Shown here one piece after another: positions 12,458 through 23,729 of a DNA stretch of 64,000 bases. Location: the NCBI RefSeq assembly GCF_003018255.1, contig NZ_CP027440.1; one strand, given 5' to 3'. The position numbers and the translations under genes are program-made. This DNA comes from Escherichia coli (lineage in GTDB: Bacteria > Pseudomonadota > Gammaproteobacteria > Enterobacterales > Enterobacteriaceae). The stretch's first letter is position 1. Each line of letters opens with the position of its first letter. A model generated the notes under the pieces. That model was not told the DNA's origin. It made no database searches and saw only the letters and a list, made by a program, of their open reading frames with translations.

Positions 12458-13888
12458 ATGGTTTTTCATTTTTTACCGGAAGTTACCGACGTTTTGAGCC
12501 GTTTCGTTCCTCGCATTATTCCGTTTTATTTACTCTTGCTGGCGGCAGGCGGTACAGCTAACGCACAATCTACCTTCGAGCAAAAAGCGGCAAATCCCTT
12601 TGATAATAACAATGATGGTCTGCCGGATTTAGGCATGGCACCTGAAAATCATGATGGGGAAAAACACTTTGCTGAAATTGTGAAAGATTTCGGCGAAACC
12701 AGTATGAATGATAACGGGCTGGATACTGGCGAGCAGGCAAAAGCTTTCGCATTGGGAAAAGTCCGCGACGCGTTTAGTCAACAGGTTAATCAGCACGTAG
12801 AGTCGTGGCTATCAGCGTGGGGAAATGCCAGTGTTGACGTCAAAGTGGATAACGAAGGACATTTCACCGGCAGTCGTGGAAGCTGGTTTGTGCCGTTACA
12901 AGATAATGATCGTTATCTCACCTGGAGCCAGCTTGGTCTTACTCAGCAGGATGATGGGCTGGTGAGCAATGTGGGCGTTGGGCAACGCTGGGCGCGCGGC
13001 AGCTGGCTGGTGGGTTATAACACTTTTTATGACAACTTGCTGGACGAAAATCTTCAGCGAGCGGGCTTCGGTGCCGAAGCGTGGGGCGAATATTTGCGAC
13101 TATCGGCAAACTTTTATCAGCCGTTTGCTGCATGGCATGAACAGACAGCCACGCAGGAACAACGGATGGCGCGCGGGTACGACCTGACAGCCCGGATGCG
13201 CATGCCGTTTTATCAACACCTCAATACCAGTGTCAGCGTAGAACAGTATTTTGGTGATCGTGTTGATTTGTTTAACTCTGGTACGGGTTATCACAATCCC
13301 GTCGCGTTGAGTCTGGGATTAAATTATACCCCAGTGCCATTAGTCACTGTGACGGCCCAGCATAAACAGGGTGAAAGTGGCGAAAATCAAAATAACCTCG
13401 GGCTGAATCTTAATTACCGCTTTGGTGTACCGCTCAAAAAACAACTTTCTGCGGGCGAGGTTGCCGAAAGTCAGTCGTTACGTGGTAGTCGCTATGACAA
13501 TCCGCAGCGAAATAATCTACCGACTCTTGAGTACCGACAGCGAAAAACGTTAACGGTGTTTCTGGCGACACCGCCGTGGGATCTAAAACCTGGCGAAACA
13601 GTGCCGCTGAAATTACAAATCCGCAGTCGTTACGGTATTCGGCAACTGATTTGGCAGGGCGATACGCAGATATTAAGTTTGACGCCGGGCGCACAAGCCA
13701 ACAGTGAGGAGGGCTGGACGCTGATCATGCCTGACTGGCAAAACGGGGAAGGCGCAAGCAATCACTGGCGATTGTCAGTGGTGGTGGAAGATAACCAGGG
13801 GCAGCGTGTCTCCTCCAATGAGATCACGCTAACGCTTGTCGAACCGTTCGACGCATTGTCAAACGACGAACTGCGCTGGGAACCGTAA
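12458..13888 (+). CDS. ychO: Invasin/intimin-family outer-membrane protein YchO
   Basis: ORF track 476 aa with signal-like N-terminus (LLLLAAGGTANAQ); start codon choice uncertain. Confidence 0.75.
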   Translation: MVFHFLPEVTDVLSRFVPRIIPFYLLLLAAGGTANAQSTFEQKAANPFDNNNDGLPDLGMAPENHDGEKHFAEIVKDFGETSMNDNGLDTGEQAKAFALGKVRDAFSQQVNQHVESWLSAWGNASVDVKVDNEGHFTGSRGSWFVPLQDNDRYLTWSQLGLTQQDDGLVSNVGVGQRWARGSWLVGYNTFYDNLLDENLQRAGFGAEAWGEYLRLSANFYQPFAAWHEQTATQEQRMARGYDLTARMRMPFYQHLNTSVSVEQYFGDRVDLFNSGTGYHNPVALSLGLNYTPVPLVTVTAQHKQGESGENQNNLGLNLNYRFGVPLKKQLSAGEVAESQSLRGSRYDNPQRNNLPTLEYRQRKTLTVFLATPPWDLKPGETVPLKLQIRSRYGIRQLIWQGDTQILSLTPGAQANSEEGWTLIMPDWQNGEGASNHWRLSVVVEDNQGQRVSSNEITLTLVEPFDALSNDELRWEP

Positions 13889-14539
13889 TCAGAAAATGCG
13901 CTCCTGATGCACCCATACCGCAGCTTCCACGCGAGACTTTAGCTTCATTTTCTTCAGCATGTGCTTGACGTGAACTTTTACTGTGCTTTCGGTGATGTCC
14001 AGGCGGCGGGCAATCATCTTGTTCGGCAAACCCTGGGCAATTAGCTTGAGAATATCGCGCTCGCGTGGGGTTAACTGGTTAACATCGCGCTCAGTAGTGG
14101 CACGGTTAGCGCGCAAGCTGGCGGCCAGAACAGGCGTTAATGCTTCGCTTAATACCATTTCGCCAGCAGCTGCCTGATGTAACGCTTTCAGCAGATCTTC
14201 CGGTTCCATATCTTTTAACAGATAGCCATCCGCGCCGCGTTTCAGTGCGGTGACCACATCTTCTTCATGGTTAGAGACGCTGAATACCACAATGCGCCCG
14301 GAGAGGGACTTTTCGCGCAGTTTATCCAGCGTTTCCAGACCGTTCATGCCGGGCATATTGAGATCTAACAGGATCAGATCGGGATCAAGAGACTCCGCCA
14401 GTTCAATACCCTGTTCGCCATTACTCGCTTCGCCAACCACGGTGATATCTGGTGCCATACTGATAAGCTGTTTTACGCCAGTTCGCAGCATCGGGTGATC
14501 GTCAATCAGCAGGATAGTAGCCGGTTCCTGATTACTCAT
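13889..14539 (-). CDS. narL: Nitrate/nitrite response regulator NarL
   Basis: ORF track 13889..14653; start moved to ATG (plus 14537-14539, [19 protein letters not shown]..., 216 aa); receiver domain plus LuxR-type HTH. Confidence 0.93.
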
Positions 14540-16328
14540 GGGTATCTCCTTGGACGTCTGTGAAAGTTTTTTCGGGAATAAAGGTGACCACCACTTCGGT
14601 GCCACCTGATTCACGACGGCGGACGCGGCAATCGCCCCGTAAACTTTGCGCACGGTCGCGCATTATTATCATGCCGTAGTGATTGCTGCGGATGGCATTT
14701 TCAGGCACGCCGCAGCCGTTATCCTGGACGGTCAGTTTGACCTGATTATCGTTTTGCGCCACTGTCACCACGACCTCACTCGCTTGCGAATGTTTGAGGG
14801 CGTTACTTAATGCCTCACGGGCAATTTGCAACAGATGGATTGCCTGATGCGAAGGCACCAGACGAGGCGGCAATTGATAATCCAGCTTCACCGGGAAGCC
14901 AAACCTGGCGCTGTACTCTTCGCAACTCGCCTCCAGCGCCGGACGTAATCCAGGCTCGGTGAGCTGCAAGCGGAATGTGGTGAGCAATTCACGCAACTGC
15001 GCCCAGGATGCATTCAGTTCGTTACGGATCTGACTTAACAGTTCGCGGCTGCTTTCTGGCAGCGCATCGCCCTGCATCTGTAAACAACTCACCTGCATCT
15101 TCATGCAAGAGAGAGATTGGGCAATAGAATCATGCAGTTCGCGCGCAATGGTGGCACGCTCTTCCATCACGATCAACTGTTGCTGACGTTCCTGATGGCG
15201 ATCCAGCGCAAGCGTGGCGGTGAGTTGTTCAACCAGGGTATCCACCAGTTGTTGTTGATCATGACTAAGATGACGCCCCTGCGGCAGGGTTGCCAGCAAA
15301 ATACCGTACTGCGTATGAGAGTCAGCCAGCCGCCACTTCAGGGTTGTGCCGCGATCGCCAACGGGGAGTACACCGCGCGGGCAGAGCTGACAGCCTTTAT
15401 CATCGCAGGTCATATCTGGCTGGCAGGTAAACTCCTGATGATTCTCTTCATCATCAGTGTCATACACCCGCAGTTCGATATCACGTAGCAGGGTTAAATT
15501 CTGTAAGCCGTTGAGTACAGGTGACAAGCGTTCACACAGCGGGGCGCGGGAATGCAAACGGCGGTTAGCCTGCCATAAAAAAGAGAGGATCTGATTTTTA
15601 TGCTCCAGCCCGGCGGTTTTCTCCTGAACCCGCTGCTCAAGTACGGCATAACTTTCGGCCAGTTCTGCAGACATATTGTTCAACGCAGTTCCAAGCATCG
15701 CCATTTCGTTGCGCCCGCTGATGTTCGCGCGTTGGGTAAAATCGCGATGACTGACGGCACTCGCCATTGCCAGCAATTGCCGCCACGGTTGTAGCAGTCG
15801 CGCCCGCAACCAGATAATAGTGAACACCAGTAAAAGTGCCATAAATACCGCCATTACCCGATGGACCAGTACCACTGTCTCAATGCGCATTTCCGTGGTG
15901 CGGTCAAAACCAGATACCAGCTGATCAAGCCCGGCAACAAACTGGCTGACATCCGCTGACACCGTTTCGCGGTTTTGAGCACGCATCAGCGTAGGGATCA
16001 GTTCATTACGCCAGTAATCTTGTAAACCCTGTAATTGCGCCAGTTGTCCGTCTCGTTCTGCTGCTCGGGTTAACTCGGCGCTAAATGCCGTTTGTTCCAT
16101 TTCTTTAATTAAGGGCTTGTCTTTCTCGCTTAATGGCACTGCTGCCAACAGACGGTAACTTTGCATGCGCAGCGATCCCGCTTTGTTGATCGCATGGGCG
16201 CTGCCCTGAACGCCTTGCACTAGCCAGCCAGAAACTGCCATCCCTGCCAGTCCAATAGCAGTAGAAAGCAACACAATAAGCGCAACCTGATTAACCAGGG
16301 TGAGCGGAGAGAGACAACGTTTAAGCAT
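14532..16328 (-). CDS. narX: Nitrate/nitrite sensor histidine kinase NarX
   Basis: ORF track 598 aa; H-box HDSIAQSL visible; 8-nt overlap with narL. Confidence 0.93.
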
Positions 16329-16593
16329 GTAAACCTCTTCCTTCAGGCTTTAAATGAGCAATAACCTTAATGAATGTGACGATACATTCTGGAATGGCAG
16401 TATTCTCGGCTATTGGCTGAAGTATACCCATACCCGGAAAGAGTTACTCCTTATTTGCCGTGTGGTTAGTCGCTTTACATCGGTAAGGGTAGGGATTTTA
16501 CAGCACCGTGAAAAATCTCATAATTTTTATGAAATCACTGTACTCACTATGGATAATGATAAATATCAATGATAGATAAAGTTATCTTATCGT

Positions 16594-16607
16594 TTGATTT
16601 ACATCAA
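16594..16607 (+). promoter_or_regulatory. FNR-type binding site upstream of narK
   Basis: Perfect TTGAT-N4-ATCAA (ttgatttacatcaa) about 60 bp upstream of the narK ATG. Confidence 0.6.
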
Positions 16608-16666
16608 ATTGCCTTTAGCTACAGACACTAAGGTGGCAGACATCGAAACGAGTATCAGAGGTGTCT

Positions 16667-18058
16667 ATGAGTCACTCATCCGCCCCCGAAAGGGCTACTG
16701 GAGCTGTCATTACAGATTGGCGACCGGAAGATCCTGCGTTCTGGCAACAACGCGGTCAACGTATTGCCAGCCGCAACCTGTGGATTTCCGTTCCCTGTCT
16801 GTTGCTGGCGTTTTGCGTATGGATGTTGTTCAGCGCTGTTGCGGTGAACTTACCGAAAGTCGGTTTTAATTTTACGACCGATCAGCTATTTATGTTGACT
16901 GCGCTGCCTTCGGTTTCTGGCGCGTTATTACGTGTTCCATACTCCTTTATGGTTCCTATCTTTGGTGGTCGTCGCTGGACGGCGTTCAGCACCGGTATTC
17001 TGATTATTCCTTGCGTCTGGCTGGGTTTTGCCGTGCAGGATACCTCCACGCCTTATAGCGTCTTCATCATCATTTCTCTGCTGTGCGGCTTTGCTGGCGC
17101 GAACTTCGCATCCAGTATGGCAAACATCAGCTTCTTCTTTCCGAAACAGAAGCAGGGTGGCGCGCTGGGTCTGAATGGTGGTCTGGGCAACATGGGCGTC
17201 AGCGTCATGCAGTTGGTTGCTCCGCTGGTGGTATCACTGTCGATTTTCGCAGTATTTGGTAGCCAGGGCGTCAAACAGCCGGATGGGACTGAGCTGTATC
17301 TGGCGAATGCGTCCTGGATATGGGTGCCGTTCCTTGCCATCTTCACCATTGCGGCGTGGTTTGGCATGAACGATCTTGCTACCTCGAAAGCCTCCATCAA
17401 GGAGCAGTTGCCGGTACTCAAACGGGGTCATCTGTGGATTATGAGCCTGCTGTATCTGGCAACCTTCGGCTCCTTCATCGGCTTCTCCGCGGGCTTTGCG
17501 ATGCTGTCAAAAACGCAGTTCCCGGATGTTCAGATTCTGCAATACGCTTTCTTCGGGCCGTTTATTGGTGCGCTGGCGCGTTCTGCAGGTGGTGCATTAT
17601 CTGACCGTCTGGGCGGAACTCGTGTCACTCTGGTGAACTTTATCCTGATGGCGATTTTCAGCGGCCTGCTGTTCCTGACCTTACCGACTGACGGACAGGG
17701 CGGAAGCTTCATGGCGTTCTTCGCAGTCTTCCTGGCGCTGTTCCTGACCGCTGGGCTGGGTAGTGGTTCCACTTTCCAGATGATTTCCGTGATCTTCCGT
17801 AAACTGACAATGGATCGTGTGAAAGCAGAAGGGGGTTCTGACGAACGTGCGATGCGTGAAGCGGCAACCGACACGGCGGCGGCGCTGGGTTTCATCTCTG
17901 CGATTGGCGCGATTGGTGGCTTCTTTATCCCGAAAGCGTTTGGTAGCTCGCTGGCATTAACGGGTTCGCCAGTCGGCGCAATGAAAGTATTTTTGATTTT
18001 CTATATCGCCTGCGTGGTGATTACCTGGGCGGTATATGGTCGGCATTCTAAAAAATAA
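16667..18058 (+). CDS. narK: Nitrate/nitrite antiporter NarK (MFS)
   Basis: ORF track 16661..18058; start moved to ATG 16667 (MSHSSAPERATG..., 463 aa). Confidence 0.92.
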   Translation: MSHSSAPERATGAVITDWRPEDPAFWQQRGQRIASRNLWISVPCLLLAFCVWMLFSAVAVNLPKVGFNFTTDQLFMLTALPSVSGALLRVPYSFMVPIFGGRRWTAFSTGILIIPCVWLGFAVQDTSTPYSVFIIISLLCGFAGANFASSMANISFFFPKQKQGGALGLNGGLGNMGVSVMQLVAPLVVSLSIFAVFGSQGVKQPDGTELYLANASWIWVPFLAIFTIAAWFGMNDLATSKASIKEQLPVLKRGHLWIMSLLYLATFGSFIGFSAGFAMLSKTQFPDVQILQYAFFGPFIGALARSAGGALSDRLGGTRVTLVNFILMAIFSGLLFLTLPTDGQGGSFMAFFAVFLALFLTAGLGSGSTFQMISVIFRKLTMDRVKAEGGSDERAMREAATDTAAALGFISAIGAIGGFFIPKAFGSSLALTGSPVGAMKVFLIFYIACVVITWAVYGRHSKK

Positions 18059-18345
18059 ATCGTAATATTTGATTATCCTTTGCGCGGCATGATGTCGCGC
18101 TTTTTTTATGCGTCATTTAGTTACAACATACTAATGTTGTATGGCTTATTTCGCTGGATTTCATTAAGAGTCATTAATATGTTACCCATGGGGAATACTC
18201 CTTAATACCCATCTGCATAAAAATCTTAATAGTTTAAATAACTACAGGTATAAAACGTCTTAATTTACAGCGTGTTATGCCGTAACCGCTAATTATCCTA
18301 AAGGGGTATCTTAGGAATTTACTTTATTTTTCATCCCCATCACTC

Positions 18346-18359
18346 TTGATCGTTATCAA
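18346..18359 (+). promoter_or_regulatory. FNR-type binding site upstream of narG
   Basis: Perfect TTGAT-N4-ATCAA (ttgatcgttatcaa) about 100 bp upstream of the narG ATG. Confidence 0.6.
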
Positions 18360-18450
18360 TTCTCACGCTGTTTCAGAGCGTTACCTTGCCCTTAAACATT
18401 AGCAATGTCGATTTATCAGAGGGCCGACAGGCTCCCACAGGAGAAAACCG

Positions 18451-21400
18451 ATGAGTAAATTCCTGGACCGGTTTCGCTACTTCAAACAGAAGGGTGAAAC
18501 CTTTGCCGATGGGCATGGCCAGCTTCTCAATACCAACCGTGACTGGGAGGATGGATATCGCCAGCGTTGGCAGCATGACAAAATCGTCCGCTCTACCCAC
18601 GGGGTAAACTGCACCGGCTCCTGCAGCTGGAAAATCTACGTCAAAAACGGTCTGGTGACCTGGGAAACCCAGCAGACTGACTATCCGCGTACTCGCCCGG
18701 ACCTGCCAAACCATGAACCTCGCGGCTGCCCGCGCGGTGCCAGCTACTCCTGGTATCTTTACAGCGCCAACCGCCTGAAATACCCAATGATGCGCAAACG
18801 CCTGATGAAAATGTGGCGTGAAGCGAAGGCGCTGCATAGCGATCCGGTTGAGGCATGGGCTTCTATCATTGAAGACGCCGATAAAGCGAAAAGCTTTAAG
18901 CAGGCGCGTGGACGCGGTGGTTTTGTTCGTTCTTCCTGGCAGGAAGTGAATGAACTGATCGCCGCCTCTAACGTTTACACCATCAAAAACTACGGCCCGG
19001 ACCGCGTCGCTGGCTTCTCGCCAATTCCGGCAATGTCGATGGTTTCTTACGCATCGGGTGCACGCTATCTTTCGCTGATTGGCGGTACTTGCTTAAGCTT
19101 CTACGACTGGTACTGCGACCTGCCTCCTGCGTCTCCGCAAACCTGGGGCGAGCAAACTGACGTACCGGAATCTGCTGACTGGTACAACTCCAGCTACATC
19201 ATCGCCTGGGGTTCAAACGTGCCGCAGACGCGTACCCCGGATGCTCACTTCTTTACTGAAGTGCGTTACAAAGGCACCAAAACTGTTGCCGTCACACCAG
19301 ACTACGCTGAAATCGCCAAACTGTGCGATCTGTGGCTGGCACCGAAACAGGGCACCGATGCGGCAATGGCGCTGGCGATGGGCCACGTAATGCTGCGTGA
19401 ATTCCACCTCGACAACCCAAGCCAGTATTTCACCGACTATGTGCGCCGCTACACCGACATGCCGATGCTGGTGATGCTGGAAGAGCGCGACGGTTACTAC
19501 GCTGCGGGTCGTATGCTGCGCGCTGCTGATCTGGTGGATGCGCTGGGCCAGGAAAACAATCCGGAATGGAAAACTGTCGCCTTTAATACCAATGGCGAAA
19601 TGGTTGCGCCGAACGGTTCTATTGGCTTCCGCTGGGGCGAGAAGGGCAAATGGAATCTTGAGCAGCGCGACGGCAAAACTGGCGAAGAAACCGAGCTGCA
19701 ACTGAGCCTGCTGGGTAGCCAGGATGAGATCGCTGAGGTGGGCTTCCCGTACTTTGGTGGCGATGGCACGGAACACTTCAACAAAGTGGAACTGGAAAAC
19801 GTGCTGCTGCATAAGCTGCCGGTGAAACGCCTGCAACTGGCTGATGGCAGCACCGCCCTGGTGACCACCGTTTATGATCTGACGCTGGCAAACTACGGTC
19901 TGGAACGTGGCCTGAACGACGTTAACTGTGCAACCAGCTATGACGATGTGAAAGCTTACACCCCTGCCTGGGCAGAGCAGATTACCGGCGTTTCTCGCAG
20001 CCAGATTATTCGCATCGCCCGTGAATTTGCCGATAACGCTGATAAAACGCACGGTCGTTCGATGATTATCGTCGGCGCTGGGCTGAACCACTGGTATCAC
20101 CTGGACATGAACTATCGTGGTCTGATCAACATGCTGATTTTCTGCGGTTGTGTCGGTCAGAGCGGGGGCGGCTGGGCGCACTATGTAGGTCAGGAAAAAC
20201 TGCGTCCGCAAACCGGCTGGCAGCCGCTGGCGTTTGCCCTCGACTGGCAGCGTCCGGCGCGTCACATGAACAGTACCTCTTATTTCTATAACCACTCCAG
20301 CCAGTGGCGTTATGAAACCGTGACTGCGGAAGAACTGCTGTCGCCGATGGCGGATAAATCTCGCTATACCGGACACTTGATCGACTTTAACGTCCGTGCA
20401 GAACGCATGGGCTGGCTGCCGTCTGCGCCGCAGTTAGGCACTAACCCGCTGACTATCGCTCGCGAAGCAGAAAAAGCCGGGATGAATCCGGTGGACTATA
20501 CGGTGAAATCCCTGAAAGAGGGTTCTATCCGTTTCGCTGCGGAACAGCCGGAAAACGGTAAAAACCACCCGCGTAATCTGTTCATCTGGCGTTCTAACCT
20601 GCTCGGTTCTTCCGGTAAAGGTCATGAGTTTATGCTCAAGTACCTGCTGGGGACGGAGCACGGTATCCAGGGCAAAGACCTGGGGCAGCAGGGCGGCGTG
20701 AAGCCGGAAGAAGTGGACTGGCAGGACAACGGTCTGGAAGGCAAGCTGGATCTGGTGGTGACGCTGGACTTCCGTCTGTCGAGCACCTGTCTCTATTCCG
20801 ACATCATTTTGCCGACGGCGACCTGGTACGAAAAAGACGATATGAATACTTCGGATATGCATCCGTTTATTCACCCGCTGTCTGCGGCGGTCGATCCGGC
20901 CTGGGAAGCGAAAAGCGACTGGGAAATCTACAAAGCCATCGCGAAGAAATTCTCCGAAGTGTGCGTTGGTCATCTGGGTAAAGAAACTGACATCGTCACG
21001 CTGCCTATCCAGCACGACTCTGCCGCTGAACTGGCGCAACCGCTGGATGTGAAAGACTGGAAAAAAGGCGAATGCGACCTGATCCCAGGTAAAACTGCAC
21101 CGCACATTATGGTCGTAGAGCGCGATTATCCAGCAACTTACGAACGCTTTACCTCTATCGGCCCGCTGATGGAGAAAATCGGTAACGGCGGTAAAGGGAT
21201 TGCCTGGAACACCCAGAGCGAGATGGATCTGCTGCGTAAGCTCAACTACACCAAAGCGGAAGGTCCGGCAAAAGGCCAGCCGATGCTCAATACCGCAATT
21301 GATGCGGCAGAGATGATCCTGACGCTGGCACCGGAAACCAATGGTCAGGTAGCTGTAAAAGCCTGGGCTGCCCTGAGCGAGTTTACCGGCCGTGACCATA

Positions 21401-22194
21401 CGCATCTGGCGCTGAATAAAGAAGACGAGAAGATTCGCTTCCGCGATATTCAGGCACAGCCGCGCAAAATCATCTCCAGCCCGACATGGTCTGGCCTTGA
21501 AGATGAACACGTTTCTTACAACGCCGGTTACACCAACGTTCACGAGCTGATCCCGTGGCGTACGCTCTCTGGCCGTCAGCAGCTGTATCAGGATCACCAA
21601 TGGATGCGTGATTTCGGTGAAAGCCTGCTGGTTTATCGTCCGCCGATCGACACCCGTTCGGTGAAAGAAGTGATGGGCCAGAAATCCAATGGCAACCCGG
21701 AAAAAGCGCTCAACTTCCTGACGCCACACCAGAAGTGGGGTATCCACTCCACCTACAGCGACAACCTGCTGATGCTGACTTTAGGTCGCGGTGGTCCGGT
21801 GGTCTGGCTGAGTGAAGCCGATGCCAAAGAGCTGGGTATCGCCGATAACGACTGGATTGAAGTCTTCAACAGCAACGGTGCACTGACTGCCCGTGCGGTT
21901 GTCAGCCAGCGTGTTCCGGCAGGGATGACCATGATGTACCACGCGCAGGAACGTATCGTTAACCTGCCTGGTTCGGAAATTACCCAACAGCGTGGTGGTA
22001 TCCATAACTCGGTCACCCGTATCACGCCGAAACCGACGCATATGATCGGCGGCTATGCCCATCTGGCATATGGCTTTAACTACTACGGCACCGTAGGTTC
22101 TAACCGCGATGAGTTTGTTGTAGTGCGTAAGATGAAGAACATTGACTGGTTAGATGGCGAAGGCAATGACCAGGTACAGGAGAGCGTAAAATGA
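18451..22194 (+). CDS. narG: Respiratory nitrate reductase alpha subunit
   Basis: ORF track 1247 aa; Mo-bisMGD enzyme with N-terminal Cys cluster (HGVNCTGSCSWK). Confidence 0.96.
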   Translation: MSKFLDRFRYFKQKGETFADGHGQLLNTNRDWEDGYRQRWQHDKIVRSTHGVNCTGSCSWKIYVKNGLVTWETQQTDYPRTRPDLPNHEPRGCPRGASYSWYLYSANRLKYPMMRKRLMKMWREAKALHSDPVEAWASIIEDADKAKSFKQARGRGGFVRSSWQEVNELIAASNVYTIKNYGPDRVAGFSPIPAMSMVSYASGARYLSLIGGTCLSFYDWYCDLPPASPQTWGEQTDVPESADWYNSSYIIAWGSNVPQTRTPDAHFFTEVRYKGTKTVAVTPDYAEIAKLCDLWLAPKQGTDAAMALAMGHVMLREFHLDNPSQYFTDYVRRYTDMPMLVMLEERDGYYAAGRMLRAADLVDALGQENNPEWKTVAFNTNGEMVAPNGSIGFRWGEKGKWNLEQRDGKTGEETELQLSLLGSQDEIAEVGFPYFGGDGTEHFNKVELENVLLHKLPVKRLQLADGSTALVTTVYDLTLANYGLERGLNDVNCATSYDDVKAYTPAWAEQITGVSRSQIIRIAREFADNADKTHGRSMIIVGAGLNHWYHLDMNYRGLINMLIFCGCVGQSGGGWAHYVGQEKLRPQTGWQPLAFALDWQRPARHMNSTSYFYNHSSQWRYETVTAEELLSPMADKSRYTGHLIDFNVRAERMGWLPSAPQLGTNPLTIAREAEKAGMNPVDYTVKSLKEGSIRFAAEQPENGKNHPRNLFIWRSNLLGSSGKGHEFMLKYLLGTEHGIQGKDLGQQGGVKPEEVDWQDNGLEGKLDLVVTLDFRLSSTCLYSDIILPTATWYEKDDMNTSDMHPFIHPLSAAVDPAWEAKSDWEIYKAIAKKFSEVCVGHLGKETDIVTLPIQHDSAAELAQPLDVKDWKKGECDLIPGKTAPHIMVVERDYPATYERFTSIGPLMEKIGNGGKGIAWNTQSEMDLLRKLNYTKAEGPAKGQPMLNTAIDAAEMILTLAPETNGQVAVKAWAALSEFTGRDHTHLALNKEDEKIRFRDIQAQPRKIISSPTWSGLEDEHVSYNAGYTNVHELIPWRTLSGRQQLYQDHQWMRDFGESLLVYRPPIDTRSVKEVMGQKSNGNPEKALNFLTPHQKWGIHSTYSDNLLMLTLGRGGPVVWLSEADAKELGIADNDWIEVFNSNGALTARAVVSQRVPAGMTMMYHAQERIVNLPGSEITQQRGGIHNSVTRITPKPTHMIGGYAHLAYGFNYYGTVGSNRDEFVVVRKMKNIDWLDGEGNDQVQESVK

Positions 22195-23729
22195 AAATTC
22201 GTTCACAAGTCGGCATGGTGCTGAATCTCGATAAGTGCATCGGCTGCCACACCTGTTCAGTGACCTGTAAAAACGTCTGGACCAGCCGTGAAGGCGTGGA
22301 ATACGCGTGGTTCAACAACGTGGAAACCAAGCCGGGCCAGGGCTTCCCGACTGACTGGGAAAACCAGGAAAAATACAAAGGCGGCTGGATCCGTAAAATC
22401 AACGGCAAACTGCAGCCGCGCATGGGTAACCGTGCCATGCTGCTGGGTAAAATCTTCGCTAACCCGCATCTGCCGGGGATCGACGATTATTACGAGCCGT
22501 TCGATTTTGATTATCAGAACCTGCATACCGCGCCGGAAGGCAGCAAATCACAGCCGATTGCCCGTCCGCGTTCACTGATTACCGGCGAACGGATGGCGAA
22601 AATCGAAAAAGGGCCGAACTGGGAAGATGACCTGGGCGGTGAGTTTGACAAGCTGGCGAAAGACAAGAACTTCGACAACATCCAGAAGGCGATGTATAGC
22701 CAGTTCGAAAACACCTTCATGATGTATTTGCCGCGCCTGTGCGAACACTGTCTGAACCCGGCATGTGTGGCGACCTGCCCGAGCGGTGCGATTTACAAGC
22801 GTGAAGAAGATGGCATCGTCCTGATCGACCAGGATAAATGCCGTGGCTGGCGTATGTGCATCACCGGATGCCCGTACAAAAAAATCTACTTCAACTGGAA
22901 GAGCGGTAAGTCTGAGAAGTGCATCTTCTGCTATCCGCGTATTGAAGCCGGCCAGCCGACAATATGTTCAGAAACCTGTGTCGGTCGTATCCGTTATCTT
23001 GGCGTGCTGCTGTACGATGCCGACGCGATTGAACGTGCGGCAAGTACCGAGAACGAGAAAGATCTCTACCAGCGTCAGCTGGATGTGTTCCTCGATCCGA
23101 ACGATCCGAAAGTCATCGAGCAGGCGATTAAAGACGGTATTCCGCTGAGCGTTATTGAGGCTGCACAGCAGTCGCCAGTTTATAAAATGGCGATGGAATG
23201 GAAACTGGCGCTGCCGCTGCATCCGGAATATCGCACACTGCCGATGGTCTGGTACGTGCCGCCTCTGTCGCCGATTCAGTCTGCGGCAGACGCGGGTGAA
23301 CTGGGCAGCAACGGCATTCTGCCAGACGTCGAAAGCCTGCGTATTCCGGTACAGTATCTGGCGAATCTGCTGACCGCCGGTGATACCAAACCGGTACTGC
23401 GCGCGCTGAAACGTATGCTGGCGATGCGTCATTACAAACGTGCTGAAACCGTTGACGGTAAAGTCGATACCCGTGCGCTGGAAGAGGTCGGTCTGACCGA
23501 AGCCCAGGCACAGGAGATGTATCGTTATCTGGCTATTGCCAACTACGAAGATCGCTTTGTGGTGCCGAGCAGTCATCGTGAACTGGCGCGGGAAGCCTTC
23601 CCGGAGAAAAATGGCTGCGGCTTTACCTTTGGTGATGGCTGCCACGGTTCAGATACCAAATTCAATCTGTTTAACAGCCGTCGTATCGATGCCATCGACG
23701 TGACCAGTAAAACGGAGCCGCACCCATGA
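22191..23729 (+). CDS. narH: Respiratory nitrate reductase beta subunit (Fe-S)
   Basis: ORF track 512 aa; multiple Cys clusters (CIGCHTC..., CEHCLNPAC...); ATGA overlap with narG. Confidence 0.96.
   Translation: MKIRSQVGMVLNLDKCIGCHTCSVTCKNVWTSREGVEYAWFNNVETKPGQGFPTDWENQEKYKGGWIRKINGKLQPRMGNRAMLLGKIFANPHLPGIDDYYEPFDFDYQNLHTAPEGSKSQPIARPRSLITGERMAKIEKGPNWEDDLGGEFDKLAKDKNFDNIQKAMYSQFENTFMMYLPRLCEHCLNPACVATCPSGAIYKREEDGIVLIDQDKCRGWRMCITGCPYKKIYFNWKSGKSEKCIFCYPRIEAGQPTICSETCVGRIRYLGVLLYDADAIERAASTENEKDLYQRQLDVFLDPNDPKVIEQAIKDGIPLSVIEAAQQSPVYKMAMEWKLALPLHPEYRTLPMVWYVPPLSPIQSAADAGELGSNGILPDVESLRIPVQYLANLLTAGDTKPVLRALKRMLAMRHYKRAETVDGKVDTRALEEVGLTEAQAQEMYRYLAIANYEDRFVVPSSHRELAREAFPEKNGCGFTFGDGCHGSDTKFNLFNSRRIDAIDVTSKTEPHP

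Noticed and set aside
19213-21747. Two very long minus-strand ORFs (387 aa and 437 aa) inside narG, and similar ones in narH/narJ (22968-24149)
   Set aside because: They are antisense to a conserved, recognisable + strand gene; translations are R/H/V/F-rich with no motifs, typical of antisense frames in GC-rich coding sequence.
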